DNA of 64,000 bases, from positions 151,652,001 to 151,716,000 of the forward strand of contig NC_042997.1 in NCBI RefSeq assembly GCF_006345805.1, read 5' to 3'. This DNA comes from Octopus sinensis (Eukaryota). Shown here in pieces: positions 25,995 through 38,323 of the stretch (position 1 is its first letter; every line of letters begins with the position of its first letter). Below the pieces are notes generated by a model. The model did no database searches. It saw only the letters and a program-made list of their open reading frames with translations, and was not told where the DNA came from. Both the position numbers and the translations under genes were made by a program.

Positions 25995-26530
25995 TGGCTT
26001 TCTGGAGAGCCACAATCTCCTCAATTCAAACCAGCATGTGACAGGGACTGTCTAACACAATTCTTACATTGGTATCAGGTTCGATATCTGATGTCAGATT
26101 TCTTGAATTCAGTAAAGAGCTCGAGAGAGTCGACCACAATATCCCACTGTCAAAACTGTCAAATGTTTGAATCCGTGAAAAACTACTGCACTGTATTGAG
26201 TATCTCCTGGAGTGCAGAACACAATATGTTGTGATCGGTGGAATCCACTCAAGCCCAGCAAATCACCAGTGCCTGCTTCTGTTTATAGCCTATATGAACG
26301 ACATTTCAAGCATCATAAAACACAAAGAAGTAAAAATATTTGCCGACGACTCTATGCCCCAGAAAATTATCAACGGAGAAGACCGAACTGAGCTCCAGTC
26401 TGATCTACAAGCTGTAAGTCAATGGTCAGACAAAAACAAAATGCAGCTAAACGAGGAAAAATTGTAACTGATGCTAAAACAACCATGTTCACTTCTTTCA
26501 GGGGAATCACTCGCAGTATCTAATAGTATC
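25995..26530 (+). mobile_element. CR1/L2-type LINE RT relic, right part
   Basis: GFLESHNLLNSNQH, DVRFLEFSKELERVDH (DFSKAFD-like) and LFIAYMNDISSIIKHKEVKIFADD. Confidence 0.8.
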
Positions 26531-27282
26531 AGACACCTCAGACTATAAACTCCTTTATTCTTATGCGTGGGGGTTTTCGTATGTTTAGTGAGAGACCAAC
26601 AGAATTATTTAACAGCAAAGATGAACTGTATGAAAGGATTATGGCAGCATTCACCAACTTAAGCAAGGAGACCGTCCAGAAATAGGTGTTTGTTTCTGTA
26701 TCTCCCCGTAACTTAGCGGTTCGGCAAAAAGTTCCAGTTGTTTAAGCCCAGGCTTTATAAATATAAGTACTGTGACCGATTTATTCGACTAAAACACTTA
26801 AAATCGGTGTCCCTGTATGGTCGAAGTTCAGTGACTGATGCAAGTAAGAAAGAAAGAAAGAAAAGTTATGTGCACATCACGCACGTAGATACTTAAGCAT
26901 ATGTGTGTGTGTGTATGTGTGTGTGTGTGTCTGTCTGTCTATGTGTGTTTGTGCATGTGTATGAGTGTGTGCTTTTGTGTTTACATTTTCTCTCGCACAC
27001 ATAGATACATACACACAAACACGCACGTATAATTCGATGCGTTTGAAATTACATGAATTCTTGGTTTTCTTGATCAGCGTTCGACTGGGTACGGATAACA
27101 CCTCAGACTAGACCTCAAAATGATAATTCTCTGTGACGCAGTCCCTATATCTGGTTTCATTTCTTCTCTCTTCACCATTCTCTTTTCGCCTTGACATGTA
27201 TATATAATACGTATACATATGTGCGTTTGAGTGAAGTGAGTGCGGTTATGTCTATGTTTGTGTGTTAGTTTGGTCGTGTGTA

Positions 27283-28299
<1,017 letters not shown>

Positions 28300-28744
28300 T
28301 GTAAACTTTTAATTCACATATCTGTTTATTTTCAGTGATAGGTGTTGTTTCACTGCAGATTCTCATCCTTCAATATTAGAAACTATTGTTCTGTATAGTT
28401 CTAAGTCGTAACTTCATTTTCGGACGGGTATGTATATCACACTCAGCTTTTACCATTGTATTGCTTACAAATATTAATACATATGCATGAGATCATTCAT
28501 GGCATTATATTGGTTGACCTTTAAGTTGGTTCTTCAATATCAAGAGCTATCAAACACAGATTAAACAAATTTCACTCTAAATTAACATTAAGTAATAAAT
28601 TCTTCGCTCCATTAAGAGAAAGCCATGGTTTCCTGTGTTTTTAGAAATCCGTTTTTATTTCCTCTTCGTAAATGAGTGATCAGAAATGGTATGATAACTG
28701 TCTGTTGTACACATGTGTATATGTAAGTATGTTCATAAAAGATA

Positions 28745-29035
28745 GTGAAGGGGAAGTTGGAGAGGAAGAGAGGAATAAGGAGACAAAACAAGGAGGAGAA
28801 GAAAAAGAAGAAGAAGAAAGATGAGGAGGAGGGGCGGAGGGGAAGAAGAAGTAGGAGGGAGACGGGCGGAGAAGGAGAAGAAGAAAGAGGAGGAGGGGGA
28901 GGAAAACAAAGAAGTAGGAAAATAAAGAGGAGGAGGAAGACGAAGAAGAAGGAGAAGAAGAAGGAGGAGGAGAAGAAGAAGAAAAAGAAGAAGAAGAAGA
29001 AGAAGAAGAAGAAGAAGAAGGAGAAGAAGAAGACA
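28745..29035 (+). repeat. Purine-rich (GAA/GGA)n low-complexity tract
   Basis: Seen directly. Confidence 0.9.
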
Positions 29036-30004
29036 TTTAAGGTCTCTCACTTTAAATTACATGAATGACATTGAGAGGACATGAAGACATTACTTCTTCA
29101 TGTCAGTTTTACACCGACTAAGCGAATATCTTTCAGATTTTACTCATCTGACACAGTTATGACATGTTCCTTCTCATCTTTCACTCTCTCAAATCCCATT
29201 CGCCACTACATCGCATGCATAGTTACCATTAGTAAATCAAAATGCGAGTTCTTACGTTGCACAGTCAACCAAATTGCAGCAAAGTTTTCGGGTTTCTTGT
29301 CTAGAATATCGGCATCGAATTTACAAGTTCTTCCCGGTAACTTCTTGTTAGTCAGCAACACAGACACTGAAAATCTTTCACATTTGATATTTCTTCATCT
29401 TCAATTCTACATTATATTCCCTAAAGAAAATTACCCTCAAATTCTCTCCTTCCATAGGCTTCACTGACAACACATGAAAAAGGCACTTCGAAACATGGCA
29501 AATTGTACATGGTCATTTGATCTACTCGAAATAGCAATCAAAATCTATTCAAATCGCGTAACTTTAGAAAACATTTTAAAAGGGAATGATACTTACATAA
29601 TGTATTCCTAGTTAGGCAGAGAAAGAAGGTGTTAGACTGGAGTTAAAGTGCAATATTTCCATCACAAACCAACATATGACCCGTCTCTACGCCGCCTCTA
29701 CTGTTTCTGGCTCTGTCTCCCTCAATCTATCTCTCTATCTCTCTAATTCTCCGTATATATTCCAGTCTGTTTATGACACTTCAAAATTGACCAGATCCCC
29801 AAGACATGATTTTATTTCTAGGAACTCCTGATCTATAACTCTCATTTTTAATATCTCAAAAATATTGAGGAAAGAGGAATGCTTCTCCTTTGACGTTGAT
29901 CCTTATTTCAGAATTTGAAGAGCCTTATCTACCAAAAATATGTTCTTATATGTCAGTCATCAATTGTGCCCTCATCTCTGAGAACATCGGTAGAATAATA
30001 TATA

Positions 30005-30231
30005 ATTCTTTATTGTCCACAAGGGGCTAAACATAGAGGGGATAAACAATGACAGACGAAGGAACTAAGTCGATTATACCGACCCAGTGCGTAACTGATA
30101 CTTATTTAATCGGCCCCGAAAGGATGAAAGGCAAAGTCGACCTCGGCGGAATTTGAACTCAGAACGTAACGGCAGACGAAATACGGCTACGCATTTTGCC
30201 CGGCGTGCTAACGATTCTACCAGCTCCCCGC
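30005..30231 (-). mobile_element. Near full-length Meta-domain-type tRNA SINE
   Basis: Minus strand has a tRNA-like head (gctggtagaatcgttagcacgccggg..gagttcaaattcc) plus the gcctttcatcctttcgggg core. Confidence 0.85.
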
Positions 30232-31929
30232 TCATCGGCAAAATAATATACTTAACTCTGTCTGGTTTAGAAATATCCTAGCTAGGTTTCCAGGCAATAG
30301 CCTCCATCTGTTTTTAAAATTCTTTCGGTTATAGGATCCGAATGTTCCCGTCAAGGAGACTCCACAATTACAGCGTGTGCAACTGTCTCCATGTCTAACA
30401 TGTTCTATACTCATCTATTCTATATTTTTTTTCCTCGTGACTTCACACGAATAACTTTACTTATTCGTCCGAAACAGCTACTTTCGAACAACATTGAGTC
30501 TACTTCCCGATTCGACTCAGATCACCCAACTCACTCCAGCGGTGCACTCACCGATATATTGTGTTCTTCCATTGACCTACAGATGCTCTGGCTGAAAAAC
30601 AAACACATCAATCTCAAGATTCTGGTGAGATCTCGGTTCATGTAAAGGCCATGCACTTTTTCTTTTTCTTCTTTCTCCTCCTCCGCTAAAATAAGAAGAA
30701 AAAAAAGAAAAGAGTAGTATTAGCAGTGGAAGTGATGGTAGGGGTGGTGTTGGTGGCTATGGTGTTGATGTTGATGTTAGTGGTGGGGGTGGAGGTGCAC
30801 TTTCAGGTTGAACTGCTCAAATTTCAGTTGCGTTCGGAGAACTATGAATGTATAACCTCTTGTCATGAGAAGATAGATTTATTTACTTCTACTAGTTGGA
30901 ACGTATCCAGTCTTTGCAGTATTCAACATATATTTTGACCTGGTAATCATTCAAACCTTCATAATCAGCAAATTTATCATTCTATCTTTTCCACTTCTGT
31001 AATACAATGCAAATGCATTTCGTTTTCTTTTTCTTTTCATGTTTCAAATTGAAATATTATTGATGACTCTAAAGTAGTTGTAAATTATGCTAATTAATTA
31101 ACAGTGATATTATGTTACATTATATTTAACACACACTTTTTTGTTGTGTTAGCTTGCATTTAGGTTCCATGAAAGCCGGCCAGTTGGCAAAACAGTTACA
31201 TTGTCGGAGAGATTACACTACAGAAATCGTTCAGGGTTTCTGTGCTCTAAACTTCAAATACCATCTTTCGTTCTTCCAGGTTTAATAAATTAAGTACCAG
31301 TTCTATATAGAGGACATATCTATTTTCTTCTCTCTCACCTCCCCTCGCTTTCTCTCTCTTTACTTCTCTCTCACATTGATTGAAGAAATCACTTGGGTTC
31401 AGACATGGATAGGGATGGGCTTCACCAAATTTAAAAGTGTCCAAAACACATCCTACGTCACGGTGGAACCCCTAGAGTTACCTCCATCAACAGTTTGAGA
31501 GCGCAAGTCAACGCTACGCTTCTTATTCTGCTATATTAACTATGTGGCAACAAATTTGTCAGCTGAAATATATTAGCGCATGCACCTTCTTCTTTGTCTT
31601 GCTGTAAAATTCCGAGGATCGAGTAGAAGGTAATACGTAACAGAACCGACAGGCTCATGTAATAATGACAATCCACTTTCTGAAACATGTGTATACAATA
31701 TAAGCATACAATGCCAATTACGTTTTCTGGGTCTATTATTTTTATAAGATGGCTCTGATTACGAATCCTAGCCTATCCTTAGATTTGAGGATTACTGTTA
31801 AACAGCGTCGAGTATAAGAATGAAGTACGGACCTACCTAGTGATCCCAAAATATTTCATACATAGATGGGCATACGCACAATCACTATGCACGCACACAT
31901 AACAGAAATACATCTTACCGTTAACATGT

Positions 31930-32231
31930 CACAAGAAGGAAAAGAAAGAACTCGTGGAATTGCTACAGACATCTGAGAAGATGTCACGCCTGTATTCCTG
32001 CTGTCACAATCAAATTCAGTTTGTAACACTCACATAGCACACATTGAACATTTCAAAATATTGGATTCAAAGGCCCACAGCTACTTAATATCTTCCCAAA
32101 ACACCTGACAGATCTACATGGAGAAGCGGTTGATGTTTTCAAAAAACAACTTGATTTCCTGTTGTCCAAGGATTCACGTGAGCCTACATCATGTCAAGAA
32201 ACTCAAGAGAGGGCAACAGTATCAAATTCCT
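31930..32231 (+). mobile_element. CR1/L2-type LINE 3' relic
   Basis: GFKGPQLLNIFPKHL..VDVFKKQLDFLL..RATVSNS resembles CR1-clade ORF2 C-termini. Confidence 0.55.
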
Positions 32232-33371
32232 GGATCTTTTCACTTCCAAGGCCTGTTTGTCAGATTTTTCTAGTTAACTAAATAATTTGAAACTTCGTAT
32301 ACTGGTAGAGTGTCTCCAAAGAAAATACTAGTTTCAACTTGTTTATTTGAGAAAAATGTATTTTATAACTTTAAGGGTAGATTAAATCTGCGAATTTTAA
32401 CCAATCATATTGTTTGTTTTCATTTGAAATAATTAACTGCATTATCATAGTGTGACGTAGAAAGCTATTTTGTGACGTAGACAGCTGAGCGTAGGTCTGT
32501 GTTTTGTGTGCGTGTGTGTGTATGTCTGATGGGGTGTGGGCGACAGAAAGTATGTTGTGTAAGTGAAGTACTTCTGTTAGTGTGTGTGAAGAGATAGAGA
32601 GAGTAATGTGTGAAAGAGAGAGATAACTGAAATTTTTTACTCGGTGTATGTGTATATGTATGTATGCATGTATGTGTGTGTGTGTGTATGTATCTATGTA
32701 TGTGTGTGTGTGTGTATGTATGTATGGCCGATTCAGTGTTTACATTATTTCGAGTTGAAACGAAAGATTACCAAAAAAAATTTTCTCTATATCTTCGATC
32801 ACTGTCATTATTCCATTGAGTCAACCTCATTATTTTCTACATAGCAAAGGTAATCTTTCGTTTTAACTCGAAATAATGTAAACACTGAATCGGCCATACA
32901 TACATACACACACACACATACATACACACACATACGAAAGATTTACCAAAGATAACCAGTTACAGAAGTAAAAGTTACACGAATAAAGTAAGGAATAAAA
33001 ATCACAAAAAATATATGAAAATTTACAAAAACTAAGTTAGTTATATAATATATAAGTTTAATATATAAGTTAGTTAATAATATATTAAAAAAATGTGAAT
33101 AGAAACTGAAGGAATACATTTCACGTATGTTAAATACGTCAGCAAAATAGCCGTTTACGTCTATTGAGACGGAGTAAATAATATGAAGCCGAAAGACCGT
33201 AATTCTAATTCTAATTATTAAACAATGTTAAACTTGGAAATTACAATTCCGTTTTCATTCTGGTTTACAATTATGTTTTCTTTTGACACATTCTACCAGT
33301 ATACGAAGTTTCAAATTGTTTGGTTAAGTAGGAAAAATCTGAAAAAACAGGCTTTGAAAGTGAAAAGATCC
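32232..33371. mobile_element. Non-autonomous DNA transposon with GG termini, ~95-bp imperfect TIRs and 8-bp TSD
   Basis: TSD aaattcct at 32224-32231 and 33372-33379; TIR ggatcttttcact..cagattttt..tttgaaacttcgtatactggtaga. Confidence 0.75.
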
Positions 33372-33482
33372 AAATTCCTTCCTTCACTAAATGCCAATCA
33401 AAAAGAAATGCCATTCAAAGAGTTCATACTAGCAGCGGTGCCCCAGTATGGCTGCGATTTGGGGGTTGAAACGCATAGAAGA

Positions 33483-33513
<31 letters not shown>

Positions 33514-33954
33514 TGTATGTATGTATGTAGGTATGTATGTAGGTATGTATGCATGCATTCCTGCATGTATATATGCATGCATGTATATATGAATGCATGT
33601 ATGTATGTATGTATGTATGTATGTATGTATGTATGTATGAATGTATGTATGTATGTATGTATAAAGTGACAGTTTGTCAGTTACGACAATGAGTCTTCCA
33701 GTTGGTCCAATGAACGGAAAACCCTGCTCGTGAAATTAACTTGTAAGTAGCTGAGCGCTCCACAGACATGCATAACCTTACAATAGTTCTCACAGAGACA
33801 TGCATAACCTTACAATAGTTCTCACAGTGTGTCACAGAGTGTGACTAGGCTGGCACTTTGACTTACAGATACAACACATTTTTGTCAGTAGAGTGCACTG
33901 TAGCTACGTGAATTAAAGTGTCTTGCTCAAGGACACATACGTAAATACATACAT

Positions 33955-34260
33955 ACGCGTGGCTGTGTGGTAAGATACTTGCTTCCCAACCACATGATTC
34001 CGGGTTCAGTCCTACTGCGTAGCACATTGGGAAGTGTTTCCTCCTATAGCCTCAGACCAACCAAAGCTTTATGACAGGATTTGGTAGACGGAAACTGAAA
34101 AGAAGCCTCCCGTCCCCGTAACTTAAAGGTACGACCAAAAGACCGATAGAATAAGTACGGGGCTTACAAAGAATAAGTCCTGGGGTCGATTTCTTCGATA
34201 TAAAGAGGATTCTCCAGCATCGCCGCAGTCAAAAGTCTGAAACAAGTAAAAGAATGAAAG
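33955..34260 (+). mobile_element. CORE-type SINE (head + tail, middle deleted)
   Basis: Homologous to 15505-15942. Confidence 0.7.
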
Positions 34261-34279
34261 AATATATATATACACATAT

Positions 34280-34337
<58 letters not shown>

Positions 34338-34497
34338 TACACACGCACACACATACTCACCTATATATTGTGAAGTGGCATGGCGTAGTTATTAGGATAT
34401 TGTGAGCCGAATATCCTAATCACAAAGCCGCCATGCGCCTTCACTATATATGTGTATCTATGTGTGTATGTATTTGTATAGATTTACCTATGTATTT

Positions 34498-34575
<78 letters not shown>

Positions 34576-34585
34576 TCAAATATAT

Positions 34586-34628
<43 letters not shown>

Positions 34629-35524
34629 GCATACGTACTTATATACTTGTAAGTATTTATGTATGTCATTATTCAGTTTACTTCAAAATTTCTTGCCAAG
34701 CTAGATCCAATGCTCTTTCATTGGAATCTCTGCATCAACCACAGGGTATGTATGTCTGTATGTATGAATGTATGTATGTGTGTGTTGATGGAGGGATGAT
34801 TGTATGCGTGCCTTCTTGGACAGGAGATTCAAAGAACGCCATGGCCTACCTGGATGGTGCCACCTGAGAGCCTGGTTCTTTTCTATAAAGTCTACTCTTT
34901 CTGTAGCAACCTTCCCTATCTCTTCACTAGTTTCAGGGCATTTTCCCTTTTGTCCTACCAGTCGAGAAATCCCTGAAAATATTCATAGCTGTTGTACATC
35001 CTCGTAAGAGATAACACAATCTGTGTGTGTGTGTGCGTGCGTGTGTGTGTGTGTGTGTGGTGTGTGTGTGTGTGTGTGTCTGTGTCTGTGTGTGTGTGCG
35101 TGCTCGAGTGCGTTTGCATTTAAGCTTTGAATGGTTTTTGAAAAAAGGAAGTAACATGTTACAGACATTAAGTAAATTTCTGTTAAGTGTTGCTTCAGTA
35201 TGGAGCGTATTCTATATAAATCTTGACATGCTGCTTAAATTCGTATATTAGAGTTGGAGAAACCAGCGAGGCAGATATCTATAAGGTTACTCGAATTGCT
35301 AAGTATACTATTCAAATCCATCGATGGATCTCCTCGACGTTGTCGCTCGACCTCGTTTAAACAGTAACTAATATTTCTATTCTAATGTTGTTGGAAAGGA
35401 AACAGCAGCATTTTCTAAGTCTTATATACTTTTGATCATCGGACTGATCATTTAATTTTGACCTGGGGCTGTATATAAATACCAACCACTTAACTCTTTC
35501 CATATCACAATGCACCGTCTTAGT

Positions 35525-35573
<49 letters not shown>

Positions 35574-35590
35574 GTATATATATATGTATG

Positions 35591-35624
<34 letters not shown>

Positions 35625-35957
35625 TGTATGTATGTATATATATATAACCTGTTTGTCAGGGCCAAAATGCTTTTGATCATAGATATAGATATGTTCCTTT
35701 ATGCCTACGTAATAGCAACATCCGGTCTTATAGAACAGAGCTAATCATTAAAGCACAGCTAACTAAATAATGACTGACTGACTGTGCTTTACAAATGAAG
35801 CACCTTTCCTTTATTAGTCTTGTCATTCGTTAATCCTACAGTCAACTCTGCAAATATTACTTTCATTGATACTCTATTTGTCAAACTACATCATTATATT
35901 TTGAGATAAAAAAAAATTCTCTCTCACTCATTCTCTCTTCCCCTTTCTATCTATTAC

Positions 35958-36003
<46 letters not shown>

Positions 36004-38050
36004 GTACACCATGCACACTCAACTATACATACTAACATACACAAACACATAGATCGATGCTGCTGTTTATCGTCATCTTAAAGATAATGAATAAGCGTTA
36101 GTTCTCATTGATCTCTCATATTTTCACAAAGCCACATACTTTGGAAATGGAAGATTAAATACAACAGCTCATATTTCTTTATTTTATTATTTTTGAAAAG
36201 TTTTCGTTTGTACTTTCAGAGTTCAAATCTGGACAATATTTAAACTTAGAACGGAATAAATCACCGCTAAAACGTTTAAACTGACTTCGCTTTTTAACTC
36301 TCCAGAGACTGTCATGTATGTAACAGTAATATACTGCAGTCAATTCAACTAAATCTCTACTCCTGTAGACTGTGATTATATAAGAAATCAATATTTAATC
36401 AATTAATTGAGTTTCTTTATTAATAACATTATTGGCAAAGACACAATGAAATATTGAAATATTTGTCTCAAAATTCTTATATTTGTGTATTCCATTTCAA
36501 ATAAAACTAAAAATTCATTGTTCTGATAATGATTTCATGTCTCCAAAGCACTTTATTCATTATACAATATTTCCAGCAGAGTTTACATTCCACTCCTATC
36601 TTGGTTAAATACAAAACTATAGTGACATTAAATTAGCTTTTTAACTTCTTAAATTCTTCTATTATAGTTGATAAAGTAAATTACTTTGCCAAGCACAGAC
36701 GTCATAGAAACAGCATCTAATTTTGGTGTCGGGCAATTCTACGTAAAGTGCACAAACTTATTAGCTTATGCAATTGAAAGCTCTAATCCTCAATAGGGTA
36801 TATATAATACAGTTATGAGTAGACCGCATGCTCATACGAAGCGATAATATAAAGACGTAGTGCAATTGCTGTTTGAAATTCATGCAGTTGTCAATATGGA
36901 AACCTTTGATGTCGCCAAATAATATCAAGATGGGTTTAAAGAATTAATTTTCCTATTTTAATATCTTTAACTTAAAAACGTGAACCATGGATGTCAATCT
37001 AAGTAAATATGGATATCAATCACCTCTTTTGTGCTGTGGCTCTTGTTCTTCTTGTAATTTGGATTTTTATGTTGAAGTGGAGAGAGAACTTGTTTTGTGA
37101 TATAATTTCGGCTGAAATTAAATATGAATTCTGAGATAAAATTGATAAAAATATATATACGAACAAAATCATGGGGTTTAAGTTTTATTTTTACATGATA
37201 TTACCACCGACTATCGATTGTGGACTTATCTCACTATAAAATCTTTTCTTTATAATTAACTTTTCTATCTGCTTATGGCTTTTGCTGAGTGCCTATAAAC
37301 TTACGTCTATTTATGAGATTTTTTTACGAATGAATGTGCGTTAAAAGGAAAAATGAATAAAGAGATTAAATAAATGAGAGAACCGCTGAGAGTGACAGAG
37401 AGGGAGAGAGGAAACAGAAAGCAAGAATTGTGAGGTACGTTGGGTAAGTGAAGTATCAAGAAATTGTTGAAATATTCCATTAAGCGTGCAATGCATGAAA
37501 CCAACACATTGGGGTAACATGCGCATTTCCGTTTCGTTTAAATATATTCTAAAGCATTATTATAAAACCTCATTCAACGTACTTTTGCCTACTTAATTTT
37601 TCTTTTTATTTCTTATCCAATATCTTGTCATGAATGATAAATTCTAATGAATATTTGCAGCATATATTCAGGTTAGACTGGTTAATATTGGTTTAGCTTT
37701 ATGCATGAGTTATACCAATAAGATAGGGAATTTAAACTTTTCGTAATCGTGAGTGACAAAACTTGATTACAAGTCTATACAAAAATGATAAACTGATAAA
37801 GGAAAAGCTATATGTCAATGTCTTGTTTGTTTGCTGGGTTGCAACTCTTAAAGTAAACTCCCAGTACTCCACTTAAAATGATGTATACATGCGACTGTCT
37901 GATTGTGTGAGCACTCGCGTGTATATGTGTCTGTATAACTGTCAACACATCCTGCTTTATATTCAAGAAGAATATATTGACAGAATAATTGACATTGCTC
38001 GATAAACTTTATAGTGAAGCATTATATATATATATATACATACACACATA

Positions 38051-38262
38051 CCATATTAAAAAGCAACAAAAATATTATAAAAACTGTTACTCAGAGTTTC
38101 ACGTTCCCGTTCTTCAGACAGTTTTGTTTAGAACGAGTACGTGAAACTCTGAGTATCAGTTTTTGTGATATTTTTGCTGCTTTTTAATAAAGCAAATTAT
38201 TCTACCTCTCGTATTCGAGTACTGCTTTTCTAACTTGTTTCGCATTTATGTGCTTAGTCTGG
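38051..38262. mobile_element. Short Penelope-type head-to-head element between (TA)n tracts
   Basis: The segment cgtgaaactctgagta..agttttt..atatttttg..gctttttaata occurs on both strands; it contains a hammerhead motif. Confidence 0.6.
38080..38125 (-). ncRNA. Canonical minimal type I hammerhead ribozyme motif
   Basis: AAAACUGU-CUGAAGA-ACG(GGAA)CGU-GAAA-CUCUGAG-UA-ACAGUUUU: 8-bp stem I, GNRA-capped stem II, GUA site. Confidence 0.8.

Positions 38263-38323
<61 letters not shown>

Noticed and set aside
29060-30620. Very old RTE-like LINE remnants on minus
   Set aside because: Motif similarity too weak to call with usable confidence.
36830-36925. YKDVVQLLFEIHAVVN, ankyrin-like peptide
   Set aside because: Bounded by stops, only ~25 codons, no second repeat; could be chance.
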